The notes: generated from the sequence alone by a model not told the origin. A stretch of DNA of 64,000 bases from Eubacteriales bacterium (GCA_045644325.1 JAZRGT010000099.1:11152-75151), one strand, 5' to 3'; positions 9,700 to 20,192 are shown, counted from the stretch's first letter. Made by a program: numbers and translations.

Positions 9700-9776
9700 A
9701 TATGCGTGCAAGCCTCAAAAAAAGATTTTGCGCATACTTATATTATATTATAGCAGATTTTAAGAGAGATTTCAAG

Positions 9777-10442
9777 ATGAGAATGAGAAAAAAGAAGCAT
9801 TCGGCAGAAAGAATTGAAGCATGTGCCGAACTTTTGCTTAAAAATCCCATTGAATGCTTCGGAAAAGAGGAAGAGATTTTCGGAAAGAAGTGTCCGATGC
9901 TCCTCGAGATCGGCTGCGGCAAGGGAGACTTTGCACGCGGACTTAGTAAAATGCACCCCGATCACGGTATTATCGCGCTCGAGCGAGTTCCCGACGTAGC
10001 TATGTTCGCTTTGGAAAAAGCCAAGGCTACCCTCGACGAGCGTCCCGACAACGTCAGATTTATTATCGGTAACGCAGAATACCTTACCGATTGGTTTGCG
10101 CCCGGCACCTTTGACTGTATCTACGCAAACTTCTCCGATCCTTGGCCTAAGAAGGGTCAGCACAAGCGCAGACTTACTGCTCCCGGATTCCTCGCGAGAT
10201 ATGAAAAACTTCTCGTGCCCGGCGGTGAGCTTCATTTCAAGACAGATAACGAGGATCTCTTTGACTGGTCGATCGAGCAGTTCAAGGAATACGGACTCGA
10301 GATCATTTTCTATACCCGCGATCTTCACGCAAGCGAGCTTGCGGCTACAAATATAGTTACCGAATACGAAAAGAGATTCACCGATCTCGGTCAGAAGATC
10401 TTCTCTGCTCACGTTAAGTTTCCCGTAAAGGACGCGGAATAA
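9777..10442 (+). CDS. trmB: tRNA (guanine-N7)-methyltransferase
   Basis: LEIGCGKGDF SAM-binding motif, FSDPWPKK and HFKTDN motifs typical of TrmB. Confidence 0.9.
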   Translation: MRMRKKKHSAERIEACAELLLKNPIECFGKEEEIFGKKCPMLLEIGCGKGDFARGLSKMHPDHGIIALERVPDVAMFALEKAKATLDERPDNVRFIIGNAEYLTDWFAPGTFDCIYANFSDPWPKKGQHKRRLTAPGFLARYEKLLVPGGELHFKTDNEDLFDWSIEQFKEYGLEIIFYTRDLHASELAATNIVTEYEKRFTDLGQKIFSAHVKFPVKDAE

Positions 10443-11359
10443 TGGCTGAGATAATGAACGAACCCTGCGGCGTGCTTATCGTCAACAAACCGCAAGGTCC
10501 GACGTCACACGATATCGTAAACAAGGTTCGCCGTCTGTATTCTACCAAAAAGGTTGGTCATACGGGAACGCTTGATCCTATGGCAACGGGAGTTCTCGTC
10601 GTTCTTATCGGTCGCGCGGCGAAGGCTTGTGAGTATTCGCTTTCGGACAGAAAGATATACACCGCAACGCTTCGTCTCGGAATTGAGACCGATACCGAGG
10701 ATACGACGGGTAACGTTATTACCGAATATCCCGTAACCGTGACCGAAAACGACGTCAAGGAAGTTCTGTCATCTTTCAAAGGCAAGATAAAACAGATTCC
10801 TCCGATGTATAGCGCGCTTAAAGTCGGCGGTAAGAAGCTTTGCGATATAGCACGCGAGGGCGGTACCGTTGAGCGCGAGGCAAGAGAAATAGAAGTATAT
10901 TCGATTTCCGCCGAGCATATTGTTGGCAGCGATTACCGTCTTGAAGTTGAATGCTCTGCGGGAACATACATCCGCACACTTTGCTCCGATATCGGCAAAG
11001 CTCTCGGATGCGGCGGTGCTATGGCAAGCCTTGAAAGAAGCGCGGCTTGCGGATTTCCGATAAGCGAGGCGCACACGCTTGAGGAGATAGAACAACTTTC
11101 GATTGAAGAAAGACTTGCAATTCTCCGCCCCGTTGAGGATATCTTCAACGAGCTTGAGTCGGTTAAGCTTCCCGTATTTTATGAGAAGCTCTTCCGCTCC
11201 GGTTGCGAGATCTATTTAAAAAAAGCCAAGCTCCCCGAGTACCCCGTCACAACGAGGCTCAGAGTGCTTGACTCAAAGGGCGAATTCTTCGCGCTGGGCG
11301 AGGTCCGCGAATATGAAAACGGTCTTGCTGTCAAATCGATCAAGCTTTTCGTGCTTTAA
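10442..11359 (+). CDS. truB: tRNA pseudouridine(55) synthase
   Basis: GHTGTLDPMATGVL catalytic Asp motif, IPPMYSALK motif, TAATG overlap with trmB. Confidence 0.95.
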   Translation: MAEIMNEPCGVLIVNKPQGPTSHDIVNKVRRLYSTKKVGHTGTLDPMATGVLVVLIGRAAKACEYSLSDRKIYTATLRLGIETDTEDTTGNVITEYPVTVTENDVKEVLSSFKGKIKQIPPMYSALKVGGKKLCDIAREGGTVEREAREIEVYSISAEHIVGSDYRLEVECSAGTYIRTLCSDIGKALGCGGAMASLERSAACGFPISEAHTLEEIEQLSIEERLAILRPVEDIFNELESVKLPVFYEKLFRSGCEIYLKKAKLPEYPVTTRLRVLDSKGEFFALGEVREYENGLAVKSIKLFVL

Positions 11360-11847
11360 CGGTACTTTTTGATAAGCTTATGTCGGTCAACCGCCTTTTG
11401 TACCCACACTGGAACAAACCAGATCAGTACTGACGTAATTATTCCGATTATTCCGAGCAGGACGTCGGCGTAAATCCAATCTATATCAATAATATAATAG
11501 ATTCCGAAATACGGTGATATCATAATAAAAGGATATCCGATCAAACTACCGAAAAATCCCGAAAGAGTGACGTCTGCCAGTGAAAAAATAATTCCGAGAA
11601 AAAATACAATCGATGATGCGATCAGCCATCCTCTTGCTCCCCACAGGAGCGGAGGGTGGTTTTTCAATTTTGCAAAAATACAAAACAGCGTAAGGGTAAG
11701 GCAGAAAACAACCGTTGCAAAGAAGTTACCTGCAGTATACCCCTGCGAAGCGAAATTCAGTATTATTGCACTTATATAAACAGACAGCATCAGCGAGGTT
11801 GCGATAATTCTGATCAGTCCCGTTTTGGTAAAAGCAATGATTTTCAT
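11356..11847 (-). CDS. Hypothetical polytopic membrane protein
   Basis: Five predicted hydrophobic helices, no recognisable motif; 4-nt overlap with the convergent truB stop. Confidence 0.5.
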   Translation of the reverse strand: MKIIAFTKTGLIRIIATSLMLSVYISAIILNFASQGYTAGNFFATVVFCLTLTLFCIFAKLKNHPPLLWGARGWLIASSIVFFLGIIFSLADVTLSGFFGSLIGYPFIMISPYFGIYYIIDIDWIYADVLLGIIGIITSVLIWFVPVWVQKAVDRHKLIKKYR

Positions 11848-11863
11848 ACGATCCTCAAATCAT

Positions 11864-11890
11864 ATCGGGGCTGTCAGAAACAGCCCCGAT
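11864..11890 (-). terminator. Terminator after the EF-G-like gene
   Basis: Perfect 10-bp stem ATCGGGGCTG/CAGCCCCGAT, 7-nt loop, weak U-tail. Confidence 0.6.
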
Positions 11891-11907
11891 GTTATTATAA
11901 AAGTTAA

Positions 11908-13962
11908 TTATGCGAGAGACTTCTTGTACTCTTCAACGATCTTTGCGGAGATGTTGCCGGGTACTACTGCGTAGTCGGTTACGTTGAACTCGAAGGAGCC
12001 GCGGCCCTGAGACATAGCGCGGAGTGCGATCGGGTAGTCAACGAGCTCGGACTTGGGAGCAGTTGCGTGAACAACGGTATAACCCTTCTTTGCAGCGGGA
12101 TCCATACCCATAATGCTGCCGCGGCGCTTGTTGAGGTCGCCCATAACGTCACCAACGAGATCCTCGGGAACGGTAATATCGAGATCACCGACAGGCTCCA
12201 TAAGAACGGGAGCAGCCTGCTCGAGGCACTGCTTATACGCCATGATAGCAGCGGTCTTGAAGGACATTTCATCAGAGTCAACGGGGTGGTAAGAACCGTC
12301 GTGGAGATCAGCTGCAAGGTAGGTCATCGGGAATCCTGCAACGCCCTTAACCATAGCCTCAAGGAGACCCTTTTCAACTGCGGGGTTGAAGTTCTTGGGA
12401 ACTACGCCGCCGACAACCGAAACGGTGAAGGTAAGGCCGGGCTCTTCGCCGGGACCGAACTTGATCCAAACGTCACCGAACTGACCGGAACCGCCGTTCT
12501 GCTTCTTATGGCGAGCGTGGATATCAACGGTCTTGGTGATCTTCTCACGGTAGGGGATCTTGGGAGTTTCAAGGTTGATGGTTACGCCATAGCGAGCCTT
12601 GAGCTTTGCAGAGAGAACTGCGAGGTGCATATCGCCGATACCGGAGAGAACCATCTGATGAGTCTCGGGATCGGTAACGTACTTGAGGGTGAGGTCTTCC
12701 TCGAGCATACGAGCCATGGACTGGGAGATCTTGCTCTCATCCTTTGCGGTTGCGGGAACCATAGCCTGGCTCATATAAGGAGTGGGATAGGTGATCTTAG
12801 CGTATGCAACTTCAGAACCGTCGGTAAGAGTATCGTTAGTGTTGGTGTTAGCAAGCTTTGCGATCATACCGATATCGCCGCAAGCGAGCTCGTCGACTTC
12901 GGTCTGAGTCTTGCCCTTAACGGTGTAGATGTGAGCCATCTTTTCTGCAGTACCGTTTGTGAGGTTCTTGAGAGTCATATCCTTCTTGAGAGTACCGTTC
13001 ATAACCTTGAAGAAGGACATCTTACCTACGAACGGGTCAGCGACGGTCTTGAATACGAAGATGCTGGTCTTGCCTGCGGGATCGATTTCAACGTCTGCGC
13101 CTTCGGTGGACTTTTCAACCTTCTTAGCGGTATGTCTGGGGAAGGACTCAACGATAGCATCGAGGATAGCGATGATACCCCACATATTAACTGCAGAACC
13201 GCAGTAAACGGGAGTGATGGTGCCCTCGAAGATACCCTGGTGGAGTGCCATTGCAGCCTCTTCCTTGGTGATCTCTTCGCCGTCAAAGTACTTCATCATA
13301 AGATCGTCGGAGGTACCTGCAACTGCCTCGTTGAAGGCCTCCTTATAGTTAGCCGCGATATCCTTGAGATCGTCGGTCATGGGAGCTTCGCTTCTCTTGC
13401 CCTTTGCATCATATGCAAACGCCTTCATCTCAACGAGGTCAATCATCGTAACCTTATCGCCGGACTTAACGGGAACGAATACGGGGCAAAGAGTGTTACC
13501 GAAGTTATCGCGGAGGCTGTTGAAAACGGTTTCAAAATCAGCGTCGTGATCTTCACACTTGTTGATGAAGAATGCCTTGGGAAGACCTGCAGCAGTTGCA
13601 TAGTCCCAAGCGAGTTCGGTACCTACTTCAACGCCGGACTTAGCGTCAACGCAGATGAGTGCGCTGTCTGCAGCACGGAGAGACTGGTGAACTTCACCAA
13701 CGAAGTCGAGATAACCGGGGGTATCGAAAACGTTTATCTTCATATTCTTCCACGAAATAGGAGCAAGAGATGCGGAAATAGAGAAGCCTCTCTTTACTTC
13801 TTCGGGATCGTAGTCACATACAGTGTTGCCGTCAGCGGTCTTACCGAGTCGATCGGTTCCGCCGGTGAGATAGAGCATAGCCTCAACGATGGAGGTCTTT
13901 CCGCAGCCGCCGTGTCCGAGCAGAGCTACGTTTCTAATGGATTTGGTATCGATTGTTGCCAT
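11908..13962 (-). CDS. Elongation factor G family GTPase (EF-G paralogue, not the canonical fusA N-terminus)
   Basis: G1 GHGGCGKT, DTPGYLDF (G3), NKCED (G4), 684 aa with EF-G domain II-V layout. The N-terminus differs from the canonical AHIDAGKTT of EF-G. Confidence 0.85.
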   Translation of the reverse strand: MATIDTKSIRNVALLGHGGCGKTSIVEAMLYLTGGTDRLGKTADGNTVCDYDPEEVKRGFSISASLAPISWKNMKINVFDTPGYLDFVGEVHQSLRAADSALICVDAKSGVEVGTELAWDYATAAGLPKAFFINKCEDHDADFETVFNSLRDNFGNTLCPVFVPVKSGDKVTMIDLVEMKAFAYDAKGKRSEAPMTDDLKDIAANYKEAFNEAVAGTSDDLMMKYFDGEEITKEEAAMALHQGIFEGTITPVYCGSAVNMWGIIAILDAIVESFPRHTAKKVEKSTEGADVEIDPAGKTSIFVFKTVADPFVGKMSFFKVMNGTLKKDMTLKNLTNGTAEKMAHIYTVKGKTQTEVDELACGDIGMIAKLANTNTNDTLTDGSEVAYAKITYPTPYMSQAMVPATAKDESKISQSMARMLEEDLTLKYVTDPETHQMVLSGIGDMHLAVLSAKLKARYGVTINLETPKIPYREKITKTVDIHARHKKQNGGSGQFGDVWIKFGPGEEPGLTFTVSVVGGVVPKNFNPAVEKGLLEAMVKGVAGFPMTYLAADLHDGSYHPVDSDEMSFKTAAIMAYKQCLEQAAPVLMEPVGDLDITVPEDLVGDVMGDLNKRRGSIMGMDPAAKKGYTVVHATAPKSELVDYPIALRAMSQGRGSFEFNVTDYAVVPGNISAKIVEEYKKSLA

Positions 13963-14057
13963 AAGGGGTTCCTTCCTCGCCCCATCCGCGGACGGGGCAT
14001 TTATGTTTTTTAATATTTACATATTTACGTGAGCGTTAAAAACACATCACAATGTTT

Positions 14058-14086
14058 ATTATACAACAAATCGATTATAATTTCAA
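14058..14086 (-). promoter_or_regulatory. Consensus sigma-A promoter of the EF-G-like gene
   Basis: Minus strand reads TTGAAA, 17-nt spacer, TATAAT. Leader of about 90 nt carries a GC hairpin next to the SD. Confidence 0.7.
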
Positions 14087-14148
14087 GTACTTTTTCGTGA
14101 TTTTTGACGATTTTTTCTAAAAAATTTGAATTTTTTATGATTTTTTTA

Positions 14149-14943
14149 TTATATAGAGAATAATTTACATGCATTATCGTGTGTACGAGCACGAATTTCG
14201 TCCTCTGAAACATCGACGAGCCCGGAAATTGTACGAATCGTATACTCGATATAGTCGCTTCTGTTAGTCTTGCTGCGATAAGGAACCGGCGCGAGATAGG
14301 GTGCATCGGTTTCGACGAGCATACGGTCGAGAGGCACAGCCTTTGCGCATGCCTGAACGATCGGCGCGTTCTTATACGTTATAACTCCGGTGAAGGATAT
14401 ATACCATCCGCGGCGGACGAGATCCTTTGCCATTTCGGGGCTTCCCGAGTAACAATGGAAAACTCCGCGAACCTTCGGGTGTCGCAGCACTATTGCTTCA
14501 AAGCAGTCACCGTGCGCCTCGCGGTCGTGGATGATTACGGGAATATCGTATTCCTCGGCAAGCTGAAGCTGTGCCTCAAGAAACGCAGCTTGCTTTTCTT
14601 TATTATCCTGACGCCAATGGTAGTCGAGTCCAATCTCGCCGAGAGCGACGATCTTATACCCCTCCCTTTTATCAAGCAAAGCGCGAAGCTTTGCGATGGC
14701 ATCCTCAAGCGATTCTTCCTCGTCTACGTCAGAGGGATGGATACCGACTGCGGCGTACATTCCTTCGTATTCGGAAGCCATTTTAACGACTTCGAGGGAG
14801 TTTGCGGTGTTGGTGCCCACATTTAAAATTTTATCAACACCGTTCGCGAAAACGGCAGAGAGCAGCGCCGAAGCGCCGCCCTCAAATTCGTTTTCAAATC
14901 TTTTGTCAGTATAGTGGGCGTGTGTATCGAAAATGCCGCTCAT
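14149..14943 (-). CDS. tatD: TatD-family metal-dependent hydrolase/DNase
   Basis: FDTHAHY N-terminal motif, GEIGLDYH, VIHDREAH, ETDAPYL motifs. ATGA overlap with the metG stop. Confidence 0.9.
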   Translation of the reverse strand: MSGIFDTHAHYTDKRFENEFEGGASALLSAVFANGVDKILNVGTNTANSLEVVKMASEYEGMYAAVGIHPSDVDEEESLEDAIAKLRALLDKREGYKIVALGEIGLDYHWRQDNKEKQAAFLEAQLQLAEEYDIPVIIHDREAHGDCFEAIVLRHPKVRGVFHCYSGSPEMAKDLVRRGWYISFTGVITYKNAPIVQACAKAVPLDRMLVETDAPYLAPVPYRSKTNRSDYIEYTIRTISGLVDVSEDEIRARTHDNACKLFSI

Positions 14944-16895
14944 CAGCGAACACGCTCTCCGAGAGGAGTTGCGGGATCAAGGAAGATAACTCTTACTTCC
15001 TCTTCGCCCGAAGCGAGAAGCATACCCTCGGACTCAACTCCGCAAAGCTTTGCGGGTGCGAGGTTAGCAACGAGAACGATCTTCTTGCCGATAAGATCCT
15101 CGGGCTTATAGAACTTTGCAATGCCCGAAACTACCTGTCTCTTCTCATAGCCAAGGTCTACCTTGAGCTTGAGAAGCTTCTTTGCCTTCGGTACGGGCTC
15201 GCACTCGATGATCTGCGCGGTGCGGAGCTCGACCTTCATAAAGTCCTCAAATCCGATGATAGCGCATCCCTCGGGCTTTTCGATCTTGGGAGCTTCTGCT
15301 GCCTTTCTTGCAGCTTCGATCTCGGCGTAGATAGCTTCAAGAGTCTTTGCCTCGTCGATTCTTGCAAAGAGAACTGCAGAATCGTTGACGGATTCGCCTG
15401 CAACGGTACCGTTAAACTCACCGCCGATGCTCTCGAAGGTGGTGTTGGAGGTTCCGAGCTGTGCGAAGATAGTCTCTGCGGTTGCGGGGATCATAGGAGC
15501 GAGCATAACAGCGCCCCAGCGGATGGATTCGAGAAGGTTATAAAGAACGGTTGCAAGGCGTGCGCGGGTTTCTTCGTTCTTTGCGAGAACCCAAGGCTGG
15601 GTCTCGTCGATATACTTGTTTGCGCGGCGGAGAAGCGAAAGGATCGCGTCAATCGCATCGGCGATGTGATAGCTGTCCATAGCCTCGTAATAGCTCTTTA
15701 CAGCCTCTGCACAGACAGCCTTGAACTCGTCGTCAAGTGCTTCGGGCGCGGTAGGAGCCTCGATCTTCTTATCGAAATACTTTTTCTGCATATCGAGAGT
15801 TCTCTTGACAAGGTTGCCGAGAGTGTTTACGAGGTCGGTATTGAAGCGTGCGAGAACGCTGTCCCATGTGATAGAGCCGTCGGAAGCAAAGGGCATCTCG
15901 GCGAGGGCGTAGTAACGAACGCCGTCAACGCCTACGTACTCTGCAAGCTTATCGGCATAAATTACGTTGCCACGGGACTTGGACATCTTATCGGTACCGA
16001 AGTTGAACCAGGGGTGACCGAAGATCTTCTCGGGGAGAGGAAGATCAAGTGCCATAAGGAAGATTGGCCAATAGATCGAATGGAATCTTACGATATCCTT
16101 ACCGATCATATGGACGTCAGCGGGCCAGAGCTTACGGAACTGCTCGGACTGCTCCTCAAAAGTCTTGTCGGGATCGTAGCCGATGGCGGTGATATAGTTT
16201 ACGAGCGCGTCGAGCCAAACGTAAACAACGTGCTTGGGATCGGAGGGAACCTGAATACCCCAAGTGAAGGAGGTGCGGGAAACGCAGAGATCCTGCAGTC
16301 CCGAAAGGAGGAAGTTATTGAGCATTTCCTTCTTTCTTGCCTCGGGCTCGAGGAATTCGGGATGCGACTCAAAATACTCGATGAGACGGGGAGCGTATTT
16401 CTGCATATTGAAGAAGTATGCCTCTTCTCTTGCCTGCTTTACGGGTCTGCCGCAATCGGGGCATTTGCCGTCGGTTACCTGAGATTCGGTGAAGAAGGAC
16501 TCGCAGGGAGTGCAGTACCAGCCCTCGTAGTATCCCTTGTAGATATCGCCCTGCTTAAGGAAGCGTTCGAAAATCTTCTGGATAGTCTTAACGTGGTAAT
16601 CGTCGGTGGTGCGGATGAAGTAGTCGTAGCTTACGTTCATCTTGTCCCACATTTCCTTGATGATACCCGCAACGTTGTCAACGTATGCCTGGGGTGCGAT
16701 GCCTGCGGCAGCGGCGCAGTTTTCGATCTTCTGACCGTGCTCGTCTGTGCCCGTGCAGAAGAATACGTCATAGCCCTTTGCCCTCTTGTAGCGGGCAATG
16801 GCGTCGGTAGCGATAGCTTCATAGGTATTGCCGATATGAGGCTTTGCGGAAGCATATGCGATTGCTGTTGTTATATAATACTTAGGTTTAGTCAT
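14943..16895 (-). CDS. metG: Methionine--tRNA ligase with C-terminal tRNA-binding (EMAP/Trbp111-like) domain
   Basis: HIGN (HIGH-type) motif AKPHIGNTYE, KMSKS motif, Zn knuckle CPDCG, 650 aa. Confidence 0.95.
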   Translation of the reverse strand: MTKPKYYITTAIAYASAKPHIGNTYEAIATDAIARYKRAKGYDVFFCTGTDEHGQKIENCAAAAGIAPQAYVDNVAGIIKEMWDKMNVSYDYFIRTTDDYHVKTIQKIFERFLKQGDIYKGYYEGWYCTPCESFFTESQVTDGKCPDCGRPVKQAREEAYFFNMQKYAPRLIEYFESHPEFLEPEARKKEMLNNFLLSGLQDLCVSRTSFTWGIQVPSDPKHVVYVWLDALVNYITAIGYDPDKTFEEQSEQFRKLWPADVHMIGKDIVRFHSIYWPIFLMALDLPLPEKIFGHPWFNFGTDKMSKSRGNVIYADKLAEYVGVDGVRYYALAEMPFASDGSITWDSVLARFNTDLVNTLGNLVKRTLDMQKKYFDKKIEAPTAPEALDDEFKAVCAEAVKSYYEAMDSYHIADAIDAILSLLRRANKYIDETQPWVLAKNEETRARLATVLYNLLESIRWGAVMLAPMIPATAETIFAQLGTSNTTFESIGGEFNGTVAGESVNDSAVLFARIDEAKTLEAIYAEIEAARKAAEAPKIEKPEGCAIIGFEDFMKVELRTAQIIECEPVPKAKKLLKLKVDLGYEKRQVVSGIAKFYKPEDLIGKKIVLVANLAPAKLCGVESEGMLLASGEEEVRVIFLDPATPLGERVR

Positions 16896-17526
16896 TTCTG
16901 TTGACCGTCCTTTCGTTATTTTTCAAATTGTAATATTTAATTTTGCGTATCATCAGCTCTCTGCGGACAGCTGCGCGAGGTCCGGCAACGAGAATATAGT
17001 AGATAAAGCAGGTTACGAAGGATAATAAGATATCCAAGACGTATTTCAAGAGATCTGAATACATCATTCTCAACTTGATCGCCGCGCGCAAATTGGAGAA
17101 GTAACCTCTTCCAAGTCCCTTATTAAACCTGGGCATCCAAGAAAAAATTCTGATTGGGATATAAGACTTCACAAAACTCTTGAAGCTCGAGAACACAGAG
17201 AATATCTCAGGCATCGACACCTCTCTGCCGTCGCATACAGCGCTTGCAGTGTTTCTTACACTCGCAAAGGCGGGGGCCGCAAACAGGTAAATCAATGGGA
17301 GCATTACAAGATACCCTATGAAATCGCTTATCTTTACGGATAAATATTCAAGAATATTTAAAAGCAGATAGGATATTATCAATCCAAGCCCCGCCATCGA
17401 AAGAGTAAATACAAAGGCAATAACAAGAGCCCCTCTCGCCTTGTTCTTCAGAATAAGGCTCACTTCCGAAGAAAGCTTTTGCAAAAGTGCTTTGCGATCT
17501 GATTTATATAAGTTACGCTTTTTCAT
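16888..17526 (-). CDS. Hypothetical membrane protein
   Basis: Several hydrophobic helices; 8-nt overlap with the metG start suggests co-transcription; no motif recognised. Confidence 0.5.
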   Translation of the reverse strand: MKKRNLYKSDRKALLQKLSSEVSLILKNKARGALVIAFVFTLSMAGLGLIISYLLLNILEYLSVKISDFIGYLVMLPLIYLFAAPAFASVRNTASAVCDGREVSMPEIFSVFSSFKSFVKSYIPIRIFSWMPRFNKGLGRGYFSNLRAAIKLRMMYSDLLKYVLDILLSFVTCFIYYILVAGPRAAVRRELMIRKIKYYNLKNNERTVNRND

Positions 17527-17531
17527 ATTCG

Positions 17532-18686
17532 TTAATACACCACTTCTCCGCCGACGAAGACCTGATCTATATCAATCTTCTTGCCCGAAATCGAACATAT
17601 GATGAAATCGGCACGGTTACCCGGGGTAAGCTTACCGATCTTATTTTCAAGACCGACCGCTCGCGCGGGTGTAAGTGTCGCGCAGATAAGAGCATCCACT
17701 ATCGGAATATTCGCGAAACGTGCAAGGTTCTCAACGCCATTAATCAAGGAAAGCGTACTGCCCGCAAGATTGCCCGATTCGGTTCGCGCAACGCCGTCCT
17801 TTACATAGACGGGGAGTCCCGCTATGCTGTATTTACCGTCAGAAAGCGCGGTGGCTTCCATAGAGTCGCTTATAAGCACAAGCCTGTCCATTCCGATCAT
17901 ACGGTAGGTAAAGGCTACCATTTCGGGAGAAATATGATGACCGTCACAGATCAGCTCACAGAAACCGCCCGATTCGAGAGCCGCGAGAACGGTTCCTCCG
18001 TCGCGGTGGTGGATCGGGGACATACAGTTATAGAGATGGGTAAACGCTACTTTATGCTTGCGGTAGATTTCCGTTGCTTCTTTGTAAGTTGCCGCAGTAT
18101 GCGCAAGAGAAAGAGTTGCGCCGAGCTCTTTTGCGTGTTCTGCAAATGCATCACCGCCTTCAAGCTCAAACGCTGCGCTTACGCGGAGAGGAAGCTTAGA
18201 AGCGGATGCGAACGCGTCAAGCTCTATATTATCGGGAGCGGTCAGCAGCTCGGGATTATGTGCGCCACCCTTTGAGGGATTTAAGTATCTTCCTTCAAGG
18301 TGAACACCGAGGAACTCCGAGCCGTCGGTATCGCCCTTAAGACTGTCGATTAATTCAGCCTGAGCGCAAAGACTTTCAAACTCCGCAGAAGCGAGAGTCG
18401 GGAAAACAGAAGTCACGCCGTATTCCGCGTAGGATTTCGCCATAGCACGCATTACGTCGGCATCTGCGGTATTGAAATCGCCGCCCGCTCTGCCATGGGT
18501 GTGAATATCAACAAGTCCTGGGATAACCTCTCTGCCTCCGCAGTCAATAATCGAATCGACCTCGGGACGGGCATCGGTATGGCGCAAAAGTGCACAGATA
18601 ACGCCGTCTTCCACGAGCATTGATCTTGTCTTGAATATCCTGTTAGTGCTGTCAAACAGCCTGCAGTTTTCAAATAATATTTGCAT
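17532..18686 (-). CDS. nagA: N-acetylglucosamine-6-phosphate deacetylase
   Basis: GLVDIHTHG metal motif and amidohydrolase fold motifs (HLEG, HLYN, SD). Start set at the ATG at 18686, preceded by a GGAGG RBS. Confidence 0.85.
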   Translation of the reverse strand: MQILFENCRLFDSTNRIFKTRSMLVEDGVICALLRHTDARPEVDSIIDCGGREVIPGLVDIHTHGRAGGDFNTADADVMRAMAKSYAEYGVTSVFPTLASAEFESLCAQAELIDSLKGDTDGSEFLGVHLEGRYLNPSKGGAHNPELLTAPDNIELDAFASASKLPLRVSAAFELEGGDAFAEHAKELGATLSLAHTAATYKEATEIYRKHKVAFTHLYNCMSPIHHRDGGTVLAALESGGFCELICDGHHISPEMVAFTYRMIGMDRLVLISDSMEATALSDGKYSIAGLPVYVKDGVARTESGNLAGSTLSLINGVENLARFANIPIVDALICATLTPARAVGLENKIGKLTPGNRADFIICSISGKKIDIDQVFVGGEVVY

Positions 18687-18825
18687 ACCGAACCTCCGCA
18701 TATAGTTATACATTATTATATTATATCAAACAATTTTACTTTTTTCAATAGGTAAATCGGATTTTCACGTTTAAAAGTTGAATTTGCGTCGATAATTTCC
18801 ACAAAAGACAAAACGGAGGAACGTT

Positions 18826-19365
18826 ATGCCATATATCAAGCCCGAAACGAAGAACAAATCCGAGCGTTTTTTAAATACGACAGAGGGAGAGTTTTGTCTT
18901 GTTTCAACAAGCAGTGCGGCTCTCTGGGCGCTCTCTGCTGAAATTTTCGCGAGGATAGCACTCTTTGTGTCGGATACTCTCTACCCTTTCACCTATCCCT
19001 TTTTCCATACACCGCTCCACGGATTCTTGCCTCGTATCGCTTATCAGCCGCCCGTTGCGGCAAATCTGATCTTCGGTGCTCTGTTCGGATACACGGTTTA
19101 CAGATTTGAGAAGAATATATTTTACCGACGGATTAATAAAGCATTACGCGTAGCCTTCGGTTCGATCGCAGCTTGTGTTTTAGTTTTTCTTTCCGGGCTT
19201 CTCGCGATCGCAGACGAGTCTTACGGCTTTGATTTGTTATCGCCGCTATTGCTTCGGTCGGACGCAAGCGAATTACCCATGCTGTTTGTTTATTATTTCT
19301 TCGCTACTTTTATTGTAACGAGTTACTGTGACGCTATAAGGCGGCGAGTGTTTTTATTGCCGTAA
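18826..19365 (+). CDS. Hypothetical membrane protein
   Basis: Four or five hydrophobic segments, GGAGGA RBS, no motif recognised. Confidence 0.5.
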   Translation: MPYIKPETKNKSERFLNTTEGEFCLVSTSSAALWALSAEIFARIALFVSDTLYPFTYPFFHTPLHGFLPRIAYQPPVAANLIFGALFGYTVYRFEKNIFYRRINKALRVAFGSIAACVLVFLSGLLAIADESYGFDLLSPLLLRSDASELPMLFVYYFFATFIVTSYCDAIRRRVFLLP

Positions 19366-19400
19366 AAAAAGAACTCCGCACTCGGCGGAGTTCTTAAAAA
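19364..19400. terminator. Bidirectional terminator between convergent genes
   Basis: Stem GAACTCCGC/GCGGAGTTC with an A-run before and a T/A-run after. Confidence 0.8.
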
Positions 19401-20192
19401 TTATGATTCGGGAATATAGGTGGGGATATCTTCATTTGAGGTGAAGACAGGACGGGTGCCTGAGATTTCGCGGTAGAAATCAGCAACCGCAGCCTCAATA
19501 TAGGGAGTCAGCACCAGATATCCGATTCCACAAGTAAATACGCAGAGGAAGGACCAGCCTATAAAGCTTAAGTAAAGCGTGAAAAGATCAAACTTATATC
19601 CTTTCATCATTTCCTTGGACTTTGCGCAAGCCTCGCTAGCCGACATTTCGGGATTTTCAGCCATAATATACGGTACCATTGCGTACGCGTAAGATGCTAT
19701 GATGCCCGGGATACCGCAAAGCAGGCTCCAAAGGAATATGTATAAGGAACGAAGAAGGTTGGCAAGTACGGTAGTTTTCCAGAACTTGAAATACTTAAAG
19801 AGATCGTTGATCTCCGCATTTTCAGCATCAACAAGGTTGAGATTGAATTTCGCGTAACCTACTCCGACTATGCTTCCAAGCACAAAAAATGCGAGTCCGA
19901 TTACTAATCCCACGGTAAGTCCGACGATCAAAACCGTTCCGATAATGCCCCAAACCGCAGGCTCGATACTCGAGAAAATATCCTCGATGCCGTCAATTTC
20001 ACCTACGGGAGGGATGACTGTGCCCGATTCATAATCCTCGTTATTAAATCCCGAAAGGTCAAAGCTAAAGCCGCCTCCTCCGTTTGACGAAGCGCCGAGG
20101 AAGCCTGCTATAAGACCTGCAACGACTGCAAGTCCCCATTTACCGCGAAGTGCATTTCGTGCGTTTTCTCTGAAAAAAGATGCACCTTTCAT
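19401..20192 (-). CDS. DUF975-family membrane protein
   Basis: N-terminus FFRENARNALRGKWGLAV and the overall TM layout resemble DUF975 proteins. Confidence 0.6.
   Translation of the reverse strand: MKGASFFRENARNALRGKWGLAVVAGLIAGFLGASSNGGGGFSFDLSGFNNEDYESGTVIPPVGEIDGIEDIFSSIEPAVWGIIGTVLIVGLTVGLVIGLAFFVLGSIVGVGYAKFNLNLVDAENAEINDLFKYFKFWKTTVLANLLRSLYIFLWSLLCGIPGIIASYAYAMVPYIMAENPEMSASEACAKSKEMMKGYKFDLFTLYLSFIGWSFLCVFTCGIGYLVLTPYIEAAVADFYREISGTRPVFTSNEDIPTYIPES

Noticed and set aside
9604-9776. ORF-track 5' extensions of several genes (track starts at 9711, 9702, 18713, 30038, 33637, 38816, 40883, 41467, 43521, 55100, 58022)
   Set aside because: In most of these cases a consensus promoter or the SD lies inside the extension, and in every case a downstream ATG with a proper RBS gives a canonical N-terminus. 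Starts were moved accordingly.
12067-14013. 648-aa plus-strand ORF opposite the EF-G-like gene. The same type occurs at 14802-16904, 21390-22676, 28782-30011, 38841-40541, 47482-48987, 61642-63063, 5351-6274 (minus) and 411-1241 (minus).
   Set aside because: These are mirror ORFs on the antisense strand of genes with unmistakable motifs (GTPase, MetRS, PLP, FAD, GS and others). Their products are low-complexity and rich in Cys, Arg, Leu and Val, and they lack RBS or promoter support. They are a typical artefact of codon-position G+C bias.
14025-14306. 93-aa minus-strand ORF spanning the EF-G-like promoter region and the tatD 3' end
   Set aside because: It overlaps tatD out of frame and contains the consensus promoter of the downstream gene. 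It is AT-rich non-coding sequence.
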